A stretch of DNA of 17,884 nt from Nitrospirota bacterium (GCA_029858565.1 JAOUEV010000063.1:1-17884); one strand, 5' to 3'; positions 1 through 8,260 are shown, counted from the stretch's first letter. Translations and numbers: made by a program. Notes: generated by a model not told the origin, from the sequence alone.

Positions 1-32
1 CCTTTCGCATCTGACAACGGCAGGCTCGGAGC

Positions 33-1046
33 TCAGAACCGGCGGGAGAAAAGCAACATCGCGGAGATCTGCTCTGAGGTGATCTTGTCGTTGATGTCCG
101 AGAGCACGGTTCCGGCCGGCGGTTCACCTGCTGTATTCCCATACCACGTTTGCGTCTGCTTTCCCGAGGTGTCTATCTTCAGGTATTGTCCCCGCAACTG
201 CACCGCGTTCCCGTCCTCCATATCGATCTGCGCGCCGAGCGAGGCAAGGTAGGCGGAACCCGATGTTTTGGCCTTCGCCTTCTTGGTCCGCAGTAGATGA
301 TCGTCTTCGTCCTTTCCTTCTGCCCAGGGGCTGTATCCGAGGTCCAGGAGGAACCGGAAGCTCTTTCCTGCGGGCAGGTCCGTATGGATGCCAAGGTAGG
401 GTACCGTATAGGTGACGTCATAGGTCAGCACCTCGCCGCTGAGCGCGCCGGAGAATGTGGCGGCATAAGCGCCGTAACCGTATTGATGGGTGTCCCGTGC
501 GCTGAAGCGGTATGACTGATACAGGCATCCGGCCAGCGGACCAATGCCGAACCGTTCAGCGGTCCAGAAGGTATGGGACATCCGGAGATCGATCGTTTTC
601 GCGTGCAGATCTATTGTTGATTCCGAGTAGATATCCTTTCCCGGGTTAGCGGTCCCGACAAGAGCAATGTCCACGGTATCGTTCAGCCAGTCCGAATCCT
701 CGAGCTTGCCGGAAGCGGTCCCCACATTGAATCCATATCGAAGTTGTATGTCAAACACATCACGTCCGATGCTGTCCCGGCTGATATAGCCCAGTTCCAT
801 GTTGAGCAGCGCGGTCTGGAGCGGGAATTTGAGCTCACTGGTCACTGCCTCACCCGTTGTGGTATCCGCGAGATCTATGCGGTAGGTCGTGTCGCCGGAG
901 AGATAGCCTGCCCCAAAGCGGAAGATGCCTTCATCCTCATGCTTCACCCGTTTCTTGAAACGCGGGGCAGCATCGGCGTCGTTCACTGCCAGCGAGAACA
1001 GTGTAAACAGAGCCAGCGCCACTATGCTGAGCGTACTTTTCTTCAT
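33..1046 (-). CDS. Omptin-family (OmpT/Pla-like) outer-membrane beta-barrel protease
   Basis: N-terminal signal peptide, GKLEDSDW and KDEDDHLLR motifs matching the omptin catalytic D-x-D and D-x-H pairs, amphipathic beta strands and C-terminal Phe. ATG at 1046 (alternative TTG 1049) has GGAG upstream. Confidence 0.8.
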   Translation of the reverse strand: MKKSTLSIVALALFTLFSLAVNDADAAPRFKKRVKHEDEGIFRFGAGYLSGDTTYRIDLADTTTGEAVTSELKFPLQTALLNMELGYISRDSIGRDVFDIQLRYGFNVGTASGKLEDSDWLNDTVDIALVGTANPGKDIYSESTIDLHAKTIDLRMSHTFWTAERFGIGPLAGCLYQSYRFSARDTHQYGYGAYAATFSGALSGEVLTYDVTYTVPYLGIHTDLPAGKSFRFLLDLGYSPWAEGKDEDDHLLRTKKAKAKTSGSAYLASLGAQIDMEDGNAVQLRGQYLKIDTSGKQTQTWYGNTAGEPPAGTVLSDINDKITSEQISAMLLFSRRF

Positions 1047-1076
1047 CAACAGGCTCCCTTGTGAAAAAGATGCACA

Positions 1077-1104
1077 AGAATAACATGAGCGTCGGAATTG
1101 TCAA
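1077..1104 (-). promoter_or_regulatory. sigma70-type promoter for the omptin gene
   Basis: Minus strand TTGACA (1104-1099), 16 nt spacer ending TGT, then TATTCT (1082-1077), i.e. an extended -10. Confidence 0.55.
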
Positions 1105-1158
1105 GGTATTTGTACCTTTCTGTCACCTTGACCGGAACGGGATCCCGGGAAAATGCCT

Positions 1159-1187
1159 TTGACAAGGTATCCGCGATTCTCTAGAAT
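1159..1187 (+). promoter_or_regulatory. sigma70-type promoter for radA
   Basis: TTGACA (1159-1164), 17 nt, TAGAAT (1182-1187). Confidence 0.75.
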
Positions 1188-1196
1188 GACCTCATC

Positions 1197-2567
1197 ATGA
1201 AAGCAAAAGCAAAGACCGTCTATGTGTGCCAATCCTGCGGCAGCCAGTCGCCCCGGTGGATGGGCAAATGTCCGGACTGCGGCCAGTGGAACACGCTGGT
1301 CGAAGAGCGGATGGAGCGGCAAAAGGATATCGGCGCTGCAAAGAAGGGCCGTAGTTCTGAACCGCTTGCACTGAACGAGATCAAGACCGGCGACGAGGAC
1401 CGTTTCGTCACGAAGATCGGCGAGCTCGACAGGGTGCTGGGCGGCGGGATCGTTGCAGGCTCGGTTGTCCTGGTCGGCGGGGACCCGGGGATCGGCAAAT
1501 CGACCCTGGTGCTCCAGATGCTGCGGCAGGTTGCGGAGCTCCGGGGCAAGGCGCTCTATGTTTCAGGCGAGGAATCGCCGTCCCAGATCAAGATGCGCGC
1601 ACAGCGTTTGGGGGTCAAGGCCGAGAACCTGTACGTGCTTGCCGAGACATCGCTCGATGAGATCACCCGCGCTGCTGACGAGCTCCAGCCCCAGGTCATT
1701 GTTGTTGATTCGATCCAGACGGTCTTTACCTCGGAACTTCCGTCAGCTCCCGGCAGCGTGGGCCAGGTGCGCGAGGTCTCGGGACGTCTCATGCTCTATG
1801 CAAAACGCACGGGCATCCCGACCTTTCTCATCGGCCATGTGACCAAGGACGGCGCGATCGCCGGGCCCCGGGTCTTGGAGCATATTGTGGACACGGTGCT
1901 CTACTTCGAAGGAGACCGGGGCCATGCCTTCCGCATTCTCCGGGCGGTCAAGAACCGCTTTGGGAGCACGAACGAGATCGGCGTGTTCGAGATGAAGGAG
2001 TCCGGTCTTGCCGAGGTTGCCAATCCTTCGGAGCTGTTCCTTGCTGAACGGCCGAAAGACGCCACGGGCTCGGTCGTGGTATCGTCATTGGAAGGATCGC
2101 GGCCGATCCTTGCCGAGCTCCAGGCCCTGGTCACGCCGACCAAAATGACCATGCCGCGCCGCACTTCCATCGGCGTTGACTACAACCGCGTATCACTCCT
2201 GATTGCGGTGCTTGAAAAGCGCGTTGGCATGCACCTCATGGGCATGGACGTGTTCGTGAACATCGTGGGCGGCCTGAAGATCGACGAACCTGCGGTCGAC
2301 CTCGGCGTGATCGCAGCTGTCGCATCGAGTTTCCGCGAGAAGTCGATCGATCCGAACACGGTCGTGATGGGCGAGGTGGGCCTCGCCGGCGAGGTCCGCG
2401 CCATCAGCCAGGCAGAACTGCGCTTGAAAGACGCGGCCAAGCTCGGATTCTCGCGCTGCATCCTACCGATGGTGAACGTTGAGAAGCTTGATAAGGCAGC
2501 GGGCATCGGGAAGATGGAGCTCATCGGTGTCAGGACCGTGGAAGAGGCGATGGAGCGGTTGTTCTAG
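1197..2567 (+). CDS. radA: DNA repair protein RadA/Sms
   Basis: C4 zinc finger (CQSC...CPDC), Walker A GDPGIGKST, KNRFG motif and Lon-like C-terminal domain. Confidence 0.97.
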   Translation: MKAKAKTVYVCQSCGSQSPRWMGKCPDCGQWNTLVEERMERQKDIGAAKKGRSSEPLALNEIKTGDEDRFVTKIGELDRVLGGGIVAGSVVLVGGDPGIGKSTLVLQMLRQVAELRGKALYVSGEESPSQIKMRAQRLGVKAENLYVLAETSLDEITRAADELQPQVIVVDSIQTVFTSELPSAPGSVGQVREVSGRLMLYAKRTGIPTFLIGHVTKDGAIAGPRVLEHIVDTVLYFEGDRGHAFRILRAVKNRFGSTNEIGVFEMKESGLAEVANPSELFLAERPKDATGSVVVSSLEGSRPILAELQALVTPTKMTMPRRTSIGVDYNRVSLLIAVLEKRVGMHLMGMDVFVNIVGGLKIDEPAVDLGVIAAVASSFREKSIDPNTVVMGEVGLAGEVRAISQAELRLKDAAKLGFSRCILPMVNVEKLDKAAGIGKMELIGVRTVEEAMERLF

Positions 2568-2577
2568 GTTTATTATT

Positions 2578-2603
2578 ACCACGGAGGCACGGAGACACAG
2601 AGA
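2578..2603 (+). repeat. Short 8-mer tandem repeat CACGGAGG-CACGGAGA-CACAGAGA
   Basis: Three imperfect 8-nt units at 2580, 2588 and 2596, read directly from the sequence. Confidence 0.7.
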
Positions 2604-2607
2604 AAAT

Positions 2608-3726
2608 ATGGTCAAACAGGTTGCTATAGTTGTGTTTGCGCTTTTAATTTCTTCCTACGGCTTAAGTGCTGCGTATGGAAATGATACATTTGTCTATGAC
2701 AATGGTCGCACGGCTTATCCGATAAATACAGACAAGATACGGATGGCAGAGGAGAAAATTATCGTAATGATGCTTGGCGATGGATTCAGTCGGAAAGCTA
2801 AGGTAACCTGCGATTTTATTTTTGAAAATATTACTGACAAAGAGGTGTCGGCGAAGATCGGCTTTCCTGCGGAGGATCAGTATTACCATGATATCGGTGA
2901 AGGTGAAAAACGCTACCCGCCCCTACGAGATTTTGTGGCTCTTGTCGATGGGAAGAAGACTCAAGTAAATATCCGAACTCAGGAAGATAAGTATCCTGTT
3001 CTTTATTGGTATACATGGGATGTCACGTTTCCACCGTCCCGCCGAATTACCATCCGAAATGTCTACGAAACAGGCCTTTCACTCAGCTATTATAACCAAT
3101 GGTTCACATATATCTTAACAACCGGTGCAAATTGGAAAGGCCCGATCGGGCATTCAGAAGTAGAAGTTGTGTATGACAGCGTGGATGAACTCAGGAAGAG
3201 AGTAAAATCAGCATCGCCTGATAATTTTAAAATATCAGGAAGTAAAATTGTCTGGGATTTCATCAATTTAATTCCCAAAGAAAATATACAAGTTTACGAG
3301 AATAACATGGATCGCGAAGGCTATTTATCAGATCCAACGCACAGGTTATTCGAACGGCTGGCCGATTTTTTTCGCAAAAAAGAATATGTTGGAGGAAAAA
3401 GGGATTACACTGAACAAGATTTGGATATCCGGAAGATTAACGGGATCATGTCTTTCGTTCAGCAGATGAAAAATGAATATGCGGGAAATGTTAAGTCCGG
3501 GGAACAGTTAGTCACTGAAATAAACTTAATGTACCTGAGGTTACTTAGAAACGAGGTGTATGCAAAGCACGGTCGATATTTTGACTCCGAGTACCTCCGG
3601 AAGTTTTTTATGAAGGTCGGAGGCTATAATAGTGGGCCGGAATTTAATGAGGCGTCGCTAAACGCTTACGAAAGGAAGAATGTTGAGAGCATTGCTGCTT
3701 TTGAGGGAAAGCTTAAGAAACATTAA
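2608..3726 (+). CDS. Secreted DUF4424-like N-terminal domain plus C-terminal YARHG domain protein
   Basis: ATG at 2608 begins a signal peptide (MVKQVAIVVFALLISSYGLSAAYG). YILTTGANWKGPIG is a DUF4424-like motif, and LRLLRNEVYAKHGRYF...LNAYERKNV is a YARHG domain. The 2479 start in the track overlaps radA and is unlikely. Confidence 0.8.
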   Translation: MVKQVAIVVFALLISSYGLSAAYGNDTFVYDNGRTAYPINTDKIRMAEEKIIVMMLGDGFSRKAKVTCDFIFENITDKEVSAKIGFPAEDQYYHDIGEGEKRYPPLRDFVALVDGKKTQVNIRTQEDKYPVLYWYTWDVTFPPSRRITIRNVYETGLSLSYYNQWFTYILTTGANWKGPIGHSEVEVVYDSVDELRKRVKSASPDNFKISGSKIVWDFINLIPKENIQVYENNMDREGYLSDPTHRLFERLADFFRKKEYVGGKRDYTEQDLDIRKINGIMSFVQQMKNEYAGNVKSGEQLVTEINLMYLRLLRNEVYAKHGRYFDSEYLRKFFMKVGGYNSGPEFNEASLNAYERKNVESIAAFEGKLKKH

Positions 3727-3784
3727 CTGACAGCCTGCAGGGTATGCAACATAAAGCCCTACGAAATACGCGAATGTTTGTCTC

Positions 3785-3810
3785 TGGATTCCCGCCTTCG
3801 CGGGAATGAC
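3785..3810. repeat. REP/dRS3-like palindrome TGGATTCCCGCCTTCGCGGGAATGAC
   Basis: ATTCCCGC-CTTC-GCGGGAAT perfect hairpin, fitting the ATTCCC-N8-GGGAAT pattern. Confidence 0.75.
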
Positions 3811-3865
3811 GGCATGAAACTTTAGCCCTTACTACTCTACCCCTTGTTCTGACTTTCTGAATCTT

Positions 3866-5767
3866 ATGGCTATCGGCAAACTCTGGAACTTCTTCGGCAC
3901 CCGCTTCGGGATGATCATCTTGTCAGCCCAGCTTGTGCTGGTTATTGCCTTCATTTCCCTCTACTCCGGATACCAGTCCAGCGACAAGTGCGTTGCTTGT
4001 CACGCAGATAAAGAGCGGATGACAAAGCTCGGTTCCCCTGAGTTCGTGATGACGCGGGAACAGGTGCAGAAAGAATCGCGCCATCCGAACACCGAGTGCC
4101 GGGACTGCCATCTTGGGAACGGTTTGTCAGAGGATCCCGTAAAAGCGCATAAAGGCATGCTGAAGCTCCTGGTGCTGGACAATGATCTCGACGTTATACC
4201 GCGCAAGGGACTGGTGAAGCAGCTTCTTCCTTCAGGCAATGATCGCCTACGCGCCATGCTGCCACGAGACAGCAGCGGCGAGCTGGTCTACGAGGTCGGG
4301 ACGCTCATGTGGCATGACCGGAACCCGGTCACGCTTGGGTACGATCCTGCTATTGCGGCAAAGACCTGCGGCAAAGCATCGTGCCATCCTGACCAGGTGA
4401 AGCAGTTCGAGACCAGCATGATGGGCTCGAACTTCCGCCAGCGGTCCATGCGGACCTGGAACGATATCCACGGCCCGAATAATTGAGGGCCTTCTTTTGC
4501 AGACACCCTTCCGGTCGGAAGGGCTGAAGGCAACAGGTTCTCCTTCGAGAACACGAGCAGGATCGTTTCCGAGATCAACAGCACGCTCACGCACGACCAG
4601 GCCATTGCCAAGCAAAAGGCCTGCAACCTCTGCCATTCAGGCTGTCTTGATTGCCATTACACGCCCATGTCCGGCAAAGGGTCCCATTCCATGAGCCGCA
4701 TCCCTCCTGCGGTGAACTGCACCAGCGGCGGCAGGAGTACCTTTATCTGCCACGCAGGCACCATGGAGCGCAGGCGCGGGGACAGCTACCTTGGAAAAGA
4801 ATTGGCTGAACCTGCCGGGTTACCCGAGGACGTGCATGTGAAACAGAAGCTCGAATGCGTTGACTGCCACCAGACCGGACCGGACGGCATGGGCCATATC
4901 GAACGCAAAGCGACCTGCCAGGATTGCCACATTGAAGTTGAAGAGGCAATGGCAAAGAGCGCGCACAAGAACCTGGCGTGCGAGGCCTGTCATGTAAAAG
5001 TGCTGGGCGGGTACGAGATGACCTCCTGGGGTGCGGGAACGGTCCTGTCAAAGCCTAATCCTTTTAAGAAGTATTCATTATATTATGGACCCCAGGAGCC
5101 GCCGATCCTGATCAAGGACCAGAAGGGCAGATGGATGCCGGTCAAGATCTGGCCGAACAGCGTGGGTTCTATAAAGGAAGAGATCAAGCCGACAGCGGGG
5201 CTCACCTGGCGCTGGCCTGATGGCGCGACACAGGATGCATACGCGCAGCTCGGGACCTTCAGTTACCCTGGAGGGAACAACAACTACCTTGCCTGGCTCC
5301 AGGTGGAACAGGTGGCCCATCCGCTCGGAAAGTCCCGATCCTGCGAAAGCTGCCACGCTTCGGAGACCCAGACCGCAGAAGTGAACTGGAGGTTCTTCGA
5401 TTCCCAGGGAGCCGAGCCGTTCACCGGCAGACAAAAGGTCGTGGCGGACAGAAAGGGATTGCGCGTCATCGATATCAAGGTAATCTCGAAGATGATGGTC
5501 ATGGAAGGCGGGAATACCAAAGATTTCGCCGCATGGCTTCATCTTGGAGATATCTGGAATACAAAAGGTGATTTCTCCATTCCCAAGGCTGATCAGAAGA
5601 AGTACCGTGACCTTGAAGCGTCACTCCGTGATGCACGGAAGAAAATTGCTATAATGGAGCGAGAGATCAACGCGCGGGAAGCAAAGGGCGAAGATGTCAG
5701 GAAGCTTAAGCGTCAGTGGAAGGAGATGAAGGCTGCGGGGGCGCATGAGTCCCATGTAGGCCTGTGA
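3866..5767 (+). CDS. Membrane-anchored multiheme c-type cytochrome, probable selenoprotein (633 aa, Sec at codon 207, TGA 4484-4486)
   Basis: 3866-4486 and 4667-5767 are in the same frame (offset 801 nt). The gap after TGA is open and encodes GPSFADTLP...CNLCHSGCLDCH. Motifs are CVACH, CRDCH, CNLCH, CLDCH, CVDCH, CQDCH, CEACH and CESCH, plus CX4CH and CX9CH. There is an N-terminal hydrophobic helix and a SECIS-like hairpin just after the TGA. Confidence 0.88.
4487..4531 (+). promoter_or_regulatory. Bacterial SECIS-like stem-loop
   Basis: CCCTTCC (4506-4512), loop GGTC (4513-4516), GGAAGGG (4517-4523), extended by CAG/CTG and GCCTT/AAGGC pairing. The G-initial loop starts 26 nt after the UGA. 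Confidence 0.82.
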
Positions 5768-5772
5768 ATAAA

Positions 5773-5801
5773 CCCTCTTCCCTTCGCGGGAGAGGGCGGG
5801 G
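5773..5801. repeat. REP-like palindrome CCCTCTTCCC-TTCGC-GGGAGAGGG
   Basis: GC-rich hairpin with one bulge between the cytochrome and hemolysin-III genes. There is no U-tract, so it is not a classic terminator. Confidence 0.6.
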
Positions 5802-5810
5802 CTCAATAAT

Positions 5811-6428
5811 ATGCACAAAGGCGAACGATTCAACAGCATCAGCCATCTGATCGGGACTGGATTTGCGATCGCGGGTCTCGCTGTGCTGGTGGTCAAGGCT
5901 GCAATGCACGGGGACCCCTGGCGCATCGTGAGCTTCAGCATATACGGCGCGACCCTGGTGATCCTCTATCTTGCGTCGACGCTCTATCATGGCGCCGGCG
6001 ACAGCTCGAAGAAGGCGCTGCAGAAGTTCGATCATCTTGCGATCTACCTTCTCATAGCCGGGACCTACACCCCATTTACCCTGGTGACCTTGCGCGGCGC
6101 GTGGGGATGGACCATCTTCGGCATAGTCTGGGGCCTGGCCATTGTCGGCATCCTGATCGACACTCTGCAGCACGGGGGAAGGCGCATTATTCAGGTGGTC
6201 ATTTATCTTCTGATGGGTTGGCTTGCCATGGTCGCGTTCAAACCGCTGCTGGCCGCGCTGCCCGGAGCGGGATTCGCCTGGCTTATGACGGGCGGCGTTT
6301 TTTATACAGGCGGTGTGGTCTTTTATGCGCTCGAAGGCAAGATGCCCTTTGCCCATGAGGTGTGGCATCTTTTCGTGCTCGGAGGCAGCATCAGCCATTA
6401 CGTGGCCATCCTGGTGTATGTGTTGTGA
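5811..6428 (+). CDS. Hemolysin III / PAQR family membrane protein (TrhA/YqfA-like)
   Basis: ERFNSISH, STLYH, DHLAIYLLIAGTYTP and HEVWHLFVL motifs, with about 7 transmembrane segments. Confidence 0.93.
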   Translation: MHKGERFNSISHLIGTGFAIAGLAVLVVKAAMHGDPWRIVSFSIYGATLVILYLASTLYHGAGDSSKKALQKFDHLAIYLLIAGTYTPFTLVTLRGAWGWTIFGIVWGLAIVGILIDTLQHGGRRIIQVVIYLLMGWLAMVAFKPLLAALPGAGFAWLMTGGVFYTGGVVFYALEGKMPFAHEVWHLFVLGGSISHYVAILVYVL

Positions 6429-6430
6429 AA

Positions 6431-6512
6431 AATGCGGAATTCGTAATGCCGAGTGCGGAATGAAAGGATCAAGGAGCAAAGAAGGGCTAAAGGGGTAATA
6501 GGGCTAGCAGGG
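6431..6512 (+). repeat. Imperfect short tandem repeats (7-mer AATGCGG family, then purine-rich AGGGCTAA-like units)
   Basis: AATGCGG AATTCGT AATGCCG AGTGCGG AATGA at 6431-6463, and GAAGGGCTAAAGGGGTAATAGGGCTAGCAGGG at 6481-6512. Confidence 0.6.
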
Positions 6513-6541
6513 AAAGAAAATGGGCGGCTCGATGAGCCGCC
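6513..6541 (-). terminator. Intrinsic terminator for the DHH gene (possibly bidirectional)
   Basis: GGCGGCTC-GAT-GAGCCGCC hairpin (6523-6541), followed on the minus strand by CATTTTCTTT, between convergent genes. Confidence 0.7.
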
Positions 6542-6587
6542 TGTATGGTTTTCGCAGGTTGGAGTCTGGAATTTACCAGGTTCGGGG

Positions 6588-7511
6588 CTACTGTTCGTTG
6601 ATGGTCTTGAGAATATCCTTCAGTACCTCGTCCACCTTTGCAGGCGGTATTTGGCAGGTCCCGACCTTTTTGTGACCGCCGCCGCCGTGCTTCAACATCA
6701 AGGCGCCCACATCCACTTTTGAAGTGCGGTTCAGGATACTGCAGCCAACGGAGATCATGATGAACTCGCCTTTCCTGCCGTCAGCGAGTCTGACCGAGAT
6801 GTTCTGGTCCGGGAAGAGCACGTACTCCATGAACCGGTTGCCGTTTGGCACTTCCTTCTTTCCCCGCAGGTCGAGCACGATGGCATTGCCTTCGACACGG
6901 CCGACATCTTTCAGGAACTTCTTATACTTTTCGTTGTCCTCACGGTATGCCTTTACCCTGTCCTGCATGTCGGGGCTTGCAAGGATATTGTCGATGGTCA
7001 TGGTCCTGAGCATGCCGGGAATGGATTTCATGAGGTCGAAGTTGCTGACGCGGTAGGTATGGGTATACCCCAGACCGGTGCGGGGGTCAGACAGGAACGC
7101 GAGCAGCATCCATCCCTGGGCGTCCAGGATATCCTCCCTGGTGTATTTTGCCGAATCCGCCTTGTCCACGGCAGTGAGCATCTCCTCGAACTTCTTGAGC
7201 TTCGCGGTCTTGTCCGTTTCCTTGGAATAATAGTTGTAGATGACCCGTGCGGCGCTCGGTTCCATCTCGCAGGCGCCCTTGAACTTGCCCGCGAGCTGCT
7301 GACGCTGAAGTTCGCTTGAGTGGTGGTCGAACCAGAGGCCGCAGCCTTCGGCATATGGCATGTTGGCGATCACATCGTTCGAGTTCACCTTGATCTTGCC
7401 GTCCTGCAGGTCCTTGGGATGGCAGTAGAGGTAATCGTCCACGATCCCCAGTTCTTCGAGCAGTGCTGCGCAGGCGAGTCCGTCAAAGTCCGATCTTGTC
7501 ACAAGTCGCAT
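6588..7511 (-). CDS. DHH-family phosphoesterase (exopolyphosphatase-like / nanoRNase-like)
   Basis: MRLVTRSDFDGL start, WFDHH, and C-terminal GGGGH. ATG 7511 has GGAGG upstream, so it is preferred over 7547. Confidence 0.88.
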   Translation of the reverse strand: MRLVTRSDFDGLACAALLEELGIVDDYLYCHPKDLQDGKIKVNSNDVIANMPYAEGCGLWFDHHSSELQRQQLAGKFKGACEMEPSAARVIYNYYSKETDKTAKLKKFEEMLTAVDKADSAKYTREDILDAQGWMLLAFLSDPRTGLGYTHTYRVSNFDLMKSIPGMLRTMTIDNILASPDMQDRVKAYREDNEKYKKFLKDVGRVEGNAIVLDLRGKKEVPNGNRFMEYVLFPDQNISVRLADGRKGEFIMISVGCSILNRTSKVDVGALMLKHGGGGHKKVGTCQIPPAKVDEVLKDILKTINEQ

Positions 7512-7626
7512 TGCTATCCTCCCCGGTCGTAATGAATGATGCTTCACAAGAGTATATCAGAATTTTACTTCCCAGCGGGCCCGTTTTTACGTACTATAGA
7601 GGTGTCTGGAGCCTTGGGGAGGACTG

Positions 7627-8238
7627 TTGAACACCCTGATCAATACCATTGAGATCATCGGCATCTTTGCCTTTGCCCTGTCCGGCATCCTGGAAGCGCG
7701 GAAAAAAGGGATGGACATCGTTGGTGTTTACTCCGTGGGAATGATCACGGCGTTCGGCGGCGGCTCGCTTCGGGACCTGGTCCTGAACAGGCATCCCCTG
7801 TTCTGGGTGGAGCATTACTGGTATCCTATCCTGCTTCTCCTGCTGTCCTTTCTTGCCGGTTTCATCACACGACAGGTCACATCCCATACGCGGGTCATGA
7901 CCTCGGTCCTGGTGCTCGACGGCCTGGGCCTCGGTCTTTTTGCCGCATCGGGCGCATCAGTTGCCGCCGCAAGCGGCTGTCATCCCTTCATCTCCTCGCT
8001 CCTGGGGGTTACGACCGGCGTGTTCGGCGGGGTGCTCCGCGACATCATCTGCAATGAGATCCCCTACGTGTTCCAACGGACCGAGCTCTACGCCACCTGC
8101 GCTTTTGCGGGCGCCTGGTCCTACCTTGCGGTCGCTGGTACGGCCGGGAATGAACTTGCCGCGGTCATGAGCTGTATTTCGGTCACCTTTATATTACGGA
8201 TCGCTGCGATCAGGTATAAGATCAGGCTGCCTATATAA
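7627..8238 (+). CDS. Trimeric intracellular cation channel / UPF0126 membrane protein
   Basis: Duplicated GGG-x-LRD motifs (GGGSLRD, GGVLRD), hydrophobic profile, TTG start after GGAGG. Confidence 0.9.
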   Translation: MNTLINTIEIIGIFAFALSGILEARKKGMDIVGVYSVGMITAFGGGSLRDLVLNRHPLFWVEHYWYPILLLLLSFLAGFITRQVTSHTRVMTSVLVLDGLGLGLFAASGASVAAASGCHPFISSLLGVTTGVFGGVLRDIICNEIPYVFQRTELYATCAFAGAWSYLAVAGTAGNELAAVMSCISVTFILRIAAIRYKIRLPI

Positions 8239-8260
8239 AGACGTGACGAGGAGAACCTCA

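Noticed and set aside
2479-2607. N-terminal extension of the YARHG ORF
   Set aside because: It overlaps the radA 3' end and translates the repeat. The signal peptide begins at ATG 2608.
4497-4694. 65-aa ORF between the two cytochrome halves
   Set aside because: It is an off-frame shadow. The cytochrome frame covers this interval and holds two CxxCH motifs.
5765-5809. Second possible Sec site: the terminal TGA of the cytochrome is also followed by a hairpin
   Set aside because: The loop (TTCGC) has no early G, a TAA follows after 13 codons, and the hairpin looks like a REP-type palindrome. This is a real stop.
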